A DNA stretch of 64,000 bases from Ramazzottius varieornatus (Eukaryota; Animalia; Tardigrada): positions 930,001 to 994,000 of the forward strand of contig BDGG01000008.1 in assembly GCA_001949185.1 (NCBI GenBank), given 5' to 3'. The notes beneath the pieces are model-generated. The model had not been told where the DNA came from. It did not search any database and worked only from the letters and a program-made list of their open reading frames with translations. The position numbers and the translations under genes were made by a program. Shown one piece after another: positions 14,101-25,491 of this stretch. How positions within the stretch are numbered: the stretch's first letter is position 1; the number at the start of each line of letters is the position of its first letter.

Positions 14101-16544
14101 GAGACAGCTACCTTCGAAGTCTCACAGGATTCCCGAGTACCTACTTTTGGATAAGAGCGCCGTTCGTTAGGAGTAATTGAACCAGTTTTGCGTGCCCATG
14201 ACCCGATGCGACATGAAGCGGTGTTTTGCCTGTAGAACAAAAAGGTAAACATTACTGTTTTTTGCGACGTGTTGTCCGTCAACCGTGTTGGTCGACGTGA
14301 GTCACGTGACGCGGTACCTTCGTAATCGGCATCGTTGATCACTTCGAATACATCTTTAGTACCCAAGAGTCTCTTCGTGACAGAGTACCGTCCGTGTTCC
14401 ACTGCGACATATAAGGGTGAGCGGGCTTTCGCATCCTTCGTTGTCAAAGAGGCACCCATATGGACCAGAGAACCGTCCAGTCCACCCTTGGCGGCGGCTG
14501 CGTAGTGGATAACCGTACAGCCGAAATCATCCCTCGCATTCAGCAGTTTCGTCAGAATTTGAGACTGCAATTAATTGGAAACATTGTCAGGCAGACTATC
14601 CGTTGGGCAGTCTTTGTGCTCTGGACCACAGTTGCCCTTGTTCCACGAAACCGCATATATATTAATAGTTCGTGCCGAGCACGGCCACGGCAAATATTTC
14701 GTAAAAACACAAGCGTGATCACTCGGGAATCGCAGTGACTTTCTACGGCTGGGGCGAGGACTTACATCCAGCCGGTCCACTAACGTCTCGTAGCGCCGTC
14801 CATTGAGGACCATGTGATGCAGGAAGTTTCTCCCATCACGATCGACCAAGACCGGGTTGGCTCTCATGTGTAGCAGTTCTTGAACGGACGCATCCGCGTT
14901 GTGTACTGCAGCTCTAATGAGTGGCGTTCTCTCTTCCGCGTCCCTCGCGTTCAAACTACCTCCCTGTTGAAGTAATAGGTTTGCGCTTTTGTTTAAAGCG
15001 CCCGATAATTTCTCATTACAGTACTCACCTTTGACACCAGCATGTGAATTAGGTGCGAATGGTCATACGTCACTGCTCTGAAGAAAACAAACGATCAGAA
15101 GAACTGCACATATTATCTGCATGTCATGAATAAGATAACCATAGCTAACAATATTATGACAACACTAAGACCGCGACGGTCGAAACAGACCTGTGTACTG
15201 GCATCGCGCCTTGATCGTCAATCATTCCAAGCGCTTCCGCTATGGCTTCCGGTGGTGACTTGTCAAGCAGGACTCGAACGACCTCCTTCAACCCATTTGA
15301 ACACGCTAGGTGTAAAGCAGTACTGCGATCTGTGCCTTGATGGGACACGGAAGCTCCGCTCTCCACCAGAAGGTTAACTGCTTCCTTGCAACCACTACGA
15401 ACCGCGTGAAACAGAGCGGTTTCTCCCTTCTTATCGGTCAACGACAAGAGCTGTGACGGACTGTGTCCTACGTTTTCCTTCGTCAGGAGGTAACTGAGTA
15501 CTTCTGTATGGCCATTACGCGCGGCAATATGGATGGGTGTTGACCCGTTGTGGTTGGCAAGTGTTACGTCTGTTCCATGACGGATAAATCCAGCCAGGAT
15601 TTCGACGTTGTTCAGCGCTGCTGCCAAATGCAGAGGTGTCTCATGCTTGTTATTTTGCAAGTTCGTATCGGCATCTTGCGCGAGGAGGAGGTTCACGATA
15701 GCGGTCCTTCCTGCTTGCACTGCCAGGTGCAGTGCCGAGTTCCCATTGCCGTCCTTGGCGTTGAGGTCTTCAGACACAGCACCCAGTTTACTGAGGCGTA
15801 CAGACAATACTTTCTGATTAGGCTATAGGGATCTGTACAGTACCTGCATGTTTCCCAATGAGGAAGTTCGTCATATCCACATTGTCAGCCATGGTCGCCA
15901 AGTGGAGCGGAGTCGAACCAAAGACATCGCAGGCATTTACCAGATCACAGTCCGCCGTCAACAGATTTCCGGCAGCCGCTATATCCCCATTCTTAACGTG
16001 CTAGATGAAAAAACAGACATTTTGGTTAAACATTGTGTGCGGAAAAATTTTAGAAGGCCGTCTTGTGGCGCAGCATTTGGCCATTTGATCTGGGAGCTGG
16101 GCGAACAAAGCGTACAAGATCGTTGTTGCAAGTAGCGCATGTTTCCCTTATTAGTGGCTGGAAGGGTGCACCACTCAACTAACAGCATCGTACGTTTTGT
16201 TTGCGGCAGTTTGCCCTGCTCCTAGTTACTGGGAGTGCCATTAAACCTAACTTCATCACAAAAACCGCTCGCACTATCTACCGTACCTCAAGGAATCGCT
16301 CCTGGAGCTCAGAGGTGATATCGTCGAAGGTAGTGCTGGACAGTATACTGCTCATACTGGAGAGCCGCTGACGAACCCGATCTTTCAAGGTGAGCTGCAG
16401 GAGCTCGATGGACTTACTTCTAAGATTGCGGCCCGCTGCAAGGAACGGCAACGAGCCCGTGGAAGCTGAATGGGTAAGTTCATGACGGTGAGAGCTCGGT
16501 AAAGAGGAGGTCGAACTATTGCTGATGAGGTTGGTCGACGACAT
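11149..16544 (-). CDS. TRPA1: TRPA1-like ankyrin-repeat TRP cation channel; multi-exon
   Basis: Many ankyrin repeats (GNSALHLAV, TPLHLAA, TPIHIAA, TPLHTAA), LLTHPVSRTFLNLKW, QWQVGAVAIFCSWIHLMNHLQRY..GIYV, pore DMLVGD, C-terminal coiled coil KLEKQHETLKNIVKQ. Confidence 0.85.
16092..16210. repeat. Family 1 copy (TRPA1 intron)
   Basis: gggagctgggcgaacaaa...caagatcgttgttgcaagtagcgcatg...gtgcaccact...tttgtttgc. Confidence 0.7.
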
Positions 16545-16717
16545 GTCGACTTCAAGGCGGATCAGTCGGATCCAGAATCCTCCAGACGACAAACTCAAAA
16601 TATTGTTCTGCTAGGAGAGCAACTATTTCCTACAAACTACTCATTCGTAACTGAATATGAGAATGCTCGCTTGACAGCCTTAGTGAATAAATGAGTTTAT
16701 CGCGAACTTCGCACAAA

Positions 16718-17985
16718 CTACAAACCTCGACCAACATTCTTTCTGTCAGTGCTCGTGACCGTGCTTAAATTTGCCGTGTGATTGTCCTTCCGATCAGCCA
16801 TTAGCATGGTGAAGTTCTTCATTATTTTCGCACTTCGCACCTGCAGAAATAACGTAGCGTCACGAGGGGACGATCGTGGAGGCAGGAAGTTCATAAATGT
16901 TCTACTGTAGAAACAAACAAGTATCAAGTAGATAACGTAAAAAGCTCATTCTTCGATTTGATATTTCGTTGCAGTTTAGAAAGATAGCTAAGAAAGGAGC
17001 CAACGGGTCGATGACGCGACTTTTGAGCAGGACAAAAACTCACATGGAAGTACGAAGTCGTTTCGAAGGAAGAAGTTCGGGAGGCTCTGCTTTGATTGTT
17101 GTTAGACGAAATACCTGAACAACGGCCGCGCGTTCTGTTTGAGTCGCCCGCGTCTCCATGTGCTTTCTTCAGCGGCTCCTTCACCTTCTTCTCTTTATTG
17201 CCTGGTACAGGGTCAGCATAGATTTGAGCTCGAGCGGCGATGATAACACTGAGCAAGTAAGCCTGCAATGAAAACAATCGAATACCGTTTCGTTGGAATG
17301 GGGCGTCGGCGACTGATTGAGATGTGAATAATTTCCCAAGTTACACAAACGTTCAGCCAGAAAATCCACACATGCGCCACTCGAGACAACAGTTACGTTG
17401 AATCCATTTGCCGATGTCGCAAGTCTTCTTTTTAATTCTGTAAATATTTTCAAGAATATCGCGATTAGAAAGACCGTCCAGCTGACTTTGTAGTTTGTGG
17501 AAGAGTCTGGTCAACATGGACGCGCACGGCATCTTCTGCACTACAGACATAATTTAGCTTCTGGCTTATATCGCGCTGCCCAAACTCACCCGTTTTGTGA
17601 GCCACTCTTTTCACCAGAAAGTTCAAATTTCGTACATCATCGGCATCGGTTCTGGACGGAGCCTGGAGCTGCAGGCACTTCAGACCTTCCTGCATCGCTT
17701 TGGAAGAGTCCACGAAGAGCAGACCGTCACCGGGTTCTGCAGTGAAACGTGCGTCAGCTACGAGCACGTCAAGTCGTCAACAGTTTCGGCTGAATGACTT
17801 GTTTACCAATCCTCGAGATACAGCTGGTAAGAGGCACCTTCCTTGCCGCATCTGACATTCATACGCAGATCGTGAGTGACTTGACCGCGAATCAAGTTAT
17901 ACAGTTCTTGCCGGTCGCTGGTCACTGTCCGTCGCCTAACGATCCCAGTGTTTTCGATCGCAATTTTGATGGCGTAGCTGTTCAT
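16718..17985 (-). CDS. Uncharacterised spliced gene, possibly with a PB1-like N-terminus (may be a pseudogene)
   Basis: Phase-compatible GT-AG junctions link ...VAHKT|VQKMPC...LQ|KLKRRLATSANGFN|AYLLSVIIAARAQ. The first junction and the 3' end are ambiguous. Confidence 0.4.
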
Positions 17986-18833
17986 GATATCGCCTCAGTA
18001 TAGTCTGCTGTGGGTAGAACACTGCAACAGAGAGTATGAACAGAAAAGTCCAAGAGTGCGCCGTCCAGTCGCAGAACGCCCAGTGCGTGGATCAGGACGA
18101 AACACATGTTCACATCAGACTCTCTTCACACTTACCAATACTCCTGCCGTCTGAACACGTCCGTCCGCCAAGGGCCGTCCGAGATTCGGCAGAAAACTAT
18201 GGAACAAAAAGAGCACCAAGATCTGGAAGCACTACAAGAACAAGAAAGAAGCAGCTGTCACACAAAGAAGCAACCACCAGAATACGAGGCGAAGCTGAAC
18301 CAGAAGGTTGTCCGCTTCGTCGAAATGTATTTCGAGTGGACGGGGGCTACTCCTTTTAGCTTCGCTCCGCTAAGAACAAACCGGACGAATCAAAAACCAA
18401 GTTAACCTGCGGTTCATCAATATAGAGATTGCGAGGACAGGTCAGGTCTCATAAACAACCACTCTATTCTTCCGGTCTCATGTTTCGCCGGGTCATGGGC
18501 CGGCTCGAACATGCTGAATCGCTGCTATTGGCCGACTCGAAATCCGACTTGGATTCTGAGACCGTGCCCGACTGGTCTCATGGAAAACTGAACTTTCGAT
18601 GAGACCGATTTCTGAGACTGTCCCGTAAATTATCCCCTCTAACTTTTTCGTATCTCTGCGCGTTCCAGAGCCTCAATACAGCCTGTTTCGTGATTTTGGA
18701 CCGCAGTGTGCGGTGTCCAGCTCTAACATGGGATTACGACATAACATACACGCATCTAACCCTACTTCAGTGGCGCACTTCGAATTTCACGATGCCCGAG
18801 GAATCGCGACTCAAGCTTGGAGATTTGGTATTA

Positions 18834-20563
18834 GAGAGGTTGATATTTGACTTGATGAGTGTTTAGCACAGGTTTAGCACAGTGAGCAAGCTCCGCCCTC
18901 TGGCTAAAACCAGCAGAGGTTGCGACTTCCACTACGCAAACTTGTGATTAGCATACCTCACGTACGTACGCGTTCGATATCCTTTTGATTTTATTTTTCG
19001 TCTTACCATTAACTGTAGGTTTGCCCTATTTTCAGTCTTTAACTGTGTAGTTTTCGTCGAAAATTGTAGCTGTACACCATGCCTCCCCTTAGCGGTCGTG
19101 TCCTTAAGCTTCTCACAGAAAGTTCGACAACGGTCCCTTCTAAGAACAAGAAAGGGCCCAAGAAGAAGAAGCAAGGTACAACCCCTGTCGAGCCGGCCTC
19201 AGCTTCAGCCCTGTACGTTCAAGGCTACATTTGACTTTTACATTGAGACTGGAAATGAAGCTGCAGTTGAGCATACAGTGTAAAGCTGCAGTTGACCTCA
19301 AAGTAGAGCCAAGTACCAGGGCTACAGTTAAAGGACTCACAACAGTGACAGGTGGCCTAGCGCAGGTGGAAGGAACGATCTTCTCGTCCGTAGCAGCGTT
19401 TTCGAGGTCTGCGTCACGCTGTAACGCGACCAGATTCCCCAGGCCCACCTTTAGCTTGGTGACACTTTCTTTCGATCCACTCTTCCATCTTGCTTTGTTG
19501 TCGTTTGCTTGAAACTGCTTCAGTAAGTTATCGTAATGAAGCTTTTAGCATCACACTTCTCGCTGAAATCTGTTGAAGGCGTCCATAGCGATCTTGACAT
19601 CTTTCCAGCCGGCCTGAGTGGTGTTAAATATCGGCTTCTTCTCTTCGATTTCGTTGCATAAAGCAATCTCTTCTTCCAGACTGAAGTCCCTCCGTGGTTT
19701 ACCTGAGCTGGAAGTTTCTGCTGTAGACAGGTCATGAGCGTCTGACCCATCGACAGCGTTGGACTCGTCCATCGTTATCACTGATATCGAAAACTATGGA
19801 AATACACAGAACAAGTTTTAAAGTTTCCGTTCGAAAATTTCGAAGTCTTTCCGGTGAGTGGACGTCGGTGAAAATTTAACGTGTTGCCCTAAGATTCGTG
19901 TTACCGACAGTAATTTATGCCCCGGAGAGAAATGGCTGAATTGCTATGAAAGCTCCACTAAACCTCGGAATAGCGTCCCGTATGCGCCATGCAAAGTAGA
20001 GCACTGGGCCGCAGGTTCAAAATTACGCAGCAACTGTGCTGCGCATGCTACCAGGTCGTTGTACGCTGCGCCATGGTTCACAACTTTCATGCGCAGTGGC
20101 TAGGCAGCTGCGCTGTAGATGCACATGGACCTGTTGCAACTGCGCTGCACGCTTATGTACTGACTTTTGTTATAGTATTGTCGGAAAAATGGGTAGTCAA
20201 CCGGGGAAACGTGGCCATACGGTACGGCAAAACTCAGATGCCTGAAACTCGAATACCCAGAAGTACCAATTATTGTTAAGTGTTGGTCCGTGGATCTGCG
20301 CGGCAGTCTTCGGCTTCCTGCTGCCTGCTGTGCTGTGCTGCACAAATTTCTTCGATTTCCGTATTGCGGCTGTGCTGCAGCACAGCACAGCTGCACTGCA
20401 ATGCAGCGCATGCGGCCAGATTCCGTCCTCTAATGTAAAGTTCAGAGCTTGCATAGCATAGGGGGTTCAATCGGTTGAAGCCAGCCTCCGTGGTCTATTC
20501 CGATTGGCTCGTTGCTGTGCTAAACCTGTGCTAAACACTCATCAAGTCAAATATCAATCTCTC
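18834..20563. mobile_element. Non-autonomous DNA transposon, 1730 bp, with 49-bp TIRs and TA on both sides
   Basis: 18834-18882 gagaggttgatatttgacttgatgagtgtttagcacaggtttagcacag is the reverse complement of 20515-20563 at 48/49 positions. TA at 18832-18833 and 20564-20565. Confidence 0.85.
19140..19772 (-). pseudogene. Myb/SANT (trihelix)-like DNA-binding protein remnant with two in-frame stops
   Basis: One frame reads RRDFSLEEEIALCNEIEEKKPIFNTTQAGWKDVKIAMDAFNRFQREV*C*KLHYDNLLKQFQANDNKARWKSGSKE. ORFs 19551-19781 and 19140-19448 are in the same frame. Confidence 0.65.
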
Positions 20564-21450
20564 TATCATCCGGTGAATTTCATAGCACCAGGATACTTCC
20601 AGATTGCCAGAGGCTAGCAGCCTGGCTAGAAGGCTTACATTCGACGGAGGAGAGTCGCGGTATGACTTTTGGACTGTCATACAACTTCGGTGCAATGAGC
20701 ATTAAGTAACTGCTCAGGATTTCATGTCATCCAGGGTGGCTGCTATCTCCTCGAAGTAACCAAGGAGTCTGTGCTTATTCCGCTGCGGATATTGTGTTCC
20801 GCGTTAGTTTATTTAGTCGGCTAGCCAGGCTGAAGACAGTGGAAGTCTCTACTGAAGCTGCTGAGGTAGAAAAATTTGAACGAGAGAACAGACGATTCCT
20901 GGTGTTGAGTTACCAGATATTGCCTTGTTCTGCGTCCTTTGACTTTTGCCCTCTTATGCGTGTTGTAGCCTCCTTTTTTTGCCATGAGAAACGTTAAGAC
21001 TGGAGGCTCTGAGAAAGTCCAAGATGGTCAAGACACCACTTACAGATCCAGTTTTTACTTCCGGTCGGCACAGCAAGCACTGCGATATGAGAGTGCACAA
21101 CGTGAGACCGTGAGGCAAAATTCTTTGCATGCACAGATACCAACGTCACATTCAACTCTCATGAAGCTTGATTAGGGCGGAGTTGATTTGTCCAAATCTG
21201 ATACTAGAAACTGAGTCGCAAATATGAGGGCAGTTTATGAGACCAGACCTGTCCTCGCAAACGCTAAATTACCAATAAGCTGGCGACCGGAAATGCGCCA
21301 CTCTGCAAAAGTTGATGCCTTGCAACCTTTTCCAGTTGTTGACGTGGACCATCTTCACTTTCCGCGGGACATTCCTTCATCCCAGACTCACAATCGCTTG
21401 CTGCTTAGAATCCTTGCACTTCTGGGCCTGCACTTCTGCGCCATCCTACC

Positions 21451-23827
21451 ATGGTCATCAAAGCAGTGATCCTCGTTGGAGGTCCGGAGAAAGGTACATG
21501 CTCTTGCCTCGCTCTTACTGTTGACGGTATCTTCCTGGACGAATATGCTGCAGTATCTGTCTGTCCGTCATGCGGATGAAGCATTCTCCAGCCCCAAAAT
21601 CACAAGCATGGCTCGATAGTACGGTGCTTCTTGCATTTGTAGGAACGAGGTTCCGTCCACTTTCCCTGGACACCCCCAAGCCTCTGTTTCCGGTTGGCGG
21701 GGTACGTACGCTTATGGTTATTGCCAGTGTTATTACTTCGCGAGAGCGCAGTTTTTTTGGTTCGGACTTCGGAGAGTCCGTTTGAATTATCGATGTCTCT
21801 GTTTGCAGGTTCCGATGATCCAGCATCATATCGAAGCTTGCTGCAAGGTTTGTACATTCGTCTCTACTCGTTGTGGAGGCGTTTGTCTTACAAACGCCAG
21901 TGTGGTTGTTCGTTTAACGAGTGTGTCTGCTCTGTAGGTTCCTGATCTCAAAGAAATCTTGCTGATCGGGAACTTCCAGCCGAACGAGCAACTATCGCAG
22001 TTCGTCTCTGCACAGTCGAAGCTGCACAAAAAGATCATCCGGTACGTACTAGGCATTTCCGGTATAATGAATGTGGCTTCTCTGTCTACGCGCGAGGTTC
22101 CCTCCAGTATAAAGTCTTGTGGTGTACAGTTACCTTCAAGAATTTGCGGCTCTCGGTACGGCGGGCTGCATCTACCATTTCCGAGACCAGATACTGTACG
22201 GCAGCCCGAGCACCATTATCTTGATGAATGGGGATGTCTGCGGTGATATCCAGTTGGAAGACATGCTAAACTTCCATCGAGGTCGCGAAAAGGCCATGAT
22301 AACCATCATGGGAACTGAGGTATGGGCACACGCGAGAACTTCCAGGTCTTCGAATATACCAGACGATCATTTTGCAATAAATGTAGAAGAGCCGTATGAA
22401 TGTGCCATGATTGAAGTGATTCTCATGGATTGGTTCCATTAGGCGGTCCCATCTCAGTCAGTCGAATTCGGATGCATTGTGGAGAACAAGCAAACTCACG
22501 AAGTATGTCTTATATTGTTTCTGATTACGGTTCGTCCATTCTTGCTTTGGATGAACACTGGCTGGCTTTGTTTGAGTTCTTCCTTCTTAAATTAGGTGAA
22601 ACATTATGTGGAGAAGCCGCACACCTACGTCAGCAGCCTCATCAACTGCGGTATCTACATCCTCTCCCCCATCATATTTGACTTCATTTCCGCGACCATA
22701 AACACCAACGTTGACCATAGGGTCGGAGACGGCTATGCGGAGTAGGTTTTCTTTGGACGCGTAGTGTTGAATACTTTTCGTAAAACTAGCGTCTTTGCCG
22801 CAGTCTGTCGGACTTGAGTTCCAGACGCGGAGTTCTCGGCAGGCATAACAGTCTGGCTTCCATCGGAGGTGCCGCCCTGGTGGAAATTCTCTCCTTGGAG
22901 AAAGATGTGTTTCCTCGGTTGGCGCTGAGCGGTGGAGGAATGTTTGTGTACCATACGGTCGGCTGGTGGAGTCAGATAAAGACGGCTGGGTAAGTTGAAA
23001 CGTTATCCGGAATCAACATGTTCATCTGCTAACCGAATGTTGTCTTTTTTTAGAGCGGCCATTTATGCAAATCGTCATTGCTTGAAGCTTTACCACAAAA
23101 TGCATCCCGAGCGACTGGCGAAGAACGTCGACAAAGATAGTCCTTTGATAATTGGTGATGCCGTGATCGATCCCACCGCGAAGATTCATCCTTCCGCAGT
23201 GGTAAGTACCGGTTGATATTTGTCCAGAAATTCAGCTGCCGGTATTCAGCTACCAGCTACCAGAAATTCAGGTACCAACGGTGCAGCTCATTTGCGGGGG
23301 TTTTTTAGATCGGACCAAATGTGAGCATCCTGCCGCATGTCGTCATAGGATCAGGAACCCGCATTCGGGACAGCATCATTCTTAGCGATGTGCATATAGA
23401 AGATAACTGCTGTATCCTGAACTCTGTCATTGGCTGGGGTTCCACAATCGGCAGCTGGACTCGTATCGAGGGTAAGAACACTGTTTACCTAGGGATCTAT
23501 GTCCGTTTTGTTTTTGATTTCTAGATCGAACTCGATTCTCTCTGTTCCCACAGGCACGCCCAACGACCCAAACCCGGACAAGCCATTCGCTAAGCTAGAG
23601 CATTTACCCCTCTTTAGCGAGAAAGGCTTCCTCAACCCGTCCGCCACCATCCTTGGTATGGCTTTTCTTATAATGTTCGAATTGTCGGAAAGCAATATGG
23701 TAAACATGATTCTGTTTTTTGTTTAGGTGCCAAAGTTAGCGTCCCTGCAGAGCTTCTCGTCCTGAATTCCATTGTGCTGCCAAACAAGGACCTTACGCAC
23801 AGCTATAAGAACCAGATCATTCTTTAA
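21451..23827 (+). CDS. GMPPA: Mannose-1-phosphate guanyltransferase alpha; multi-exon
   Basis: [65 protein letters not shown], C-terminus SYKNQIIL*. Confidence 0.95.
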
Positions 23828-24261
23828 GCTTGGGATATTGATCCTTCGGTTCAAGATATAGTGCGTGGCACAATGCCGACCGCTCATGTTACAAAGACCT
23901 ACGCAGTAAACGATGGATCCTCCCGGTTCTGCATGCGTATGTGGCAGATTCACATTCAAGTGGTCAAGGATGGCCTTGCACAGGTGCCTTCTTTACAGTA
24001 TTTTTTATCGTGTTTGTAGATTGAATATTCATATAGTTACACGCACATTGTGTGTATGTGGGCCGCAATCGAGATTAATTGAGGTGCTGACCCTGAAGTC
24101 TGATACGAGCTTGAACAAGTTTTCTGACATTCCGAGGCTTACCGTACTGTGGTGGTGCCGCATGATCACTTCGTCTAGTTGAACTGTTCACGATAAAAAC
24201 AGCCGAACTATTTTTCCGCTTCTTTCCCGTGACGTTCATCCGGCCTGACGCTCAGCTCGTT

Positions 24262-25444
24262 ATGGCGCAAACAGCTGTACTCCTTGTTGTGTGTGTTATG
24301 GTCGTCTGCAGTTGTATAGACGGTCGACCCAACGTAGTCGACACGTGTCCCGGAGGCCAACGCATGTGCGGGACTCAGTGTTACAGGTATGGGCCATCTT
24401 GGAAAGTATCTTGTCACATCGCTCTTCTTAGCGTGTTTAACTTTTGTCGTTTCCAGTCCCTTTTTGGAGCAGACTTGCTACCATGGCGTTGTCTGTAACA
24501 AAGGAGAAAGGTAGGATGGACAACTGATTAATAAGACTTCTTGAATTGAAATAACCATGCCGTCTGTTGCAGAGTCTGCGGGACGCAGTGTTACAGCTCA
24601 TACTTGGGTCAACAGGTAAGAGACTGCTCCACGTCGACGTACTGAAGGTCTTCAAGATTTGATGTCAGACTTTAACGAACAAGGAAGCACGGTCTGAATA
24701 TTGTTGTCTCATAGTGCGTGGATAACAACAAAGGGATCGTCTGTGGAAAAGGCGAAAAGCTCTGTGCTGGCACGCGATGCTACAGTACTTTCCACGGGCA
24801 ACAGGTATATAAGCTGTGCCTTGAGCCTCCTGATTCTGAAGTCCGAAGAAAAAGGCTCGGGCCACAGAGGACGGAGCGTGCCACGTCACGAGTAAACTTT
24901 CACATTATGTATTTTGCTACAGTGCATCGACGGTATCGTATGTGAAAGGGGCGAAATAAGTAAGTGACCCAAGTACTTCGTTCTGGGTCGAAAAGTTGTC
25001 CAGATTTCTTCCGAAACATGCGTTTTTCTCTTGGTATTTAGCTTGCGGAAACCAGTGTTTCAACCCGCTCATAGGTAAGTGTCGCCGCCGGATGCTCCTA
25101 GCTTGGCCACTCGAAGAAAGCGTCTGCGTAGGCGTACAGATGATTCAAAACGGGTCGTGGGACCGATTCGAGCGGCTTATAAAAAGTCATTCCTGTTGGC
25201 TGATAGTTCAGACTTTTCGTATACTGATGGTACCAATCTACCTGTAGGCCAGCAGTGTTTGTCGGCAATTGTCTGCGCCAAGAACCAGCTTCTATGCGGA
25301 GACCACTGTTACAACCCCCAGGTACGCTCGGATACAAGTTGAACTATTCATAGATTAGTCTACTGCCAACTGCCAGTTCGGTATCTTACTCATTTTTATT
25401 CCATATAGGCTGGACAGCAGTGCCATATTGCAACCCCTCGTTGA
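24262..25444 (+). CDS. Small secreted cysteine-rich repeat protein, 8 exons, about 163 aa
   Basis: Exons 24262-24386, 24457-24510, 24573-24615, 24715-24804, 24923-24959, 25042-25074, 25248-25321 and 25409-25444 splice in frame. Hydrophobic signal peptide followed by five CGxxC(Y/F)xxxxGQQC-type repeats. Confidence 0.8.
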
Positions 25445-25491
25445 CACCTGCCAGACCACCCGAACGAGGACCTCTCCTCGCCGAGACCACC

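Larger units (their letters stand above)
18429..21260. repeat. Outer inverted repeat pair (28 bp, 27/28 match) enclosing the TIR element
   Basis: ttgcgaggacaggtcaggtctcataaac (18429-18456) versus gtttatgagaccagacctgtcctcgcaa (21233-21260). Confidence 0.7.

Noticed and set aside
19977-20465. Third nested inverted repeat in the GCA/TGC-rich part of the TIR element
   Set aside because: The end similarity is short and gapped and could arise from low complexity.
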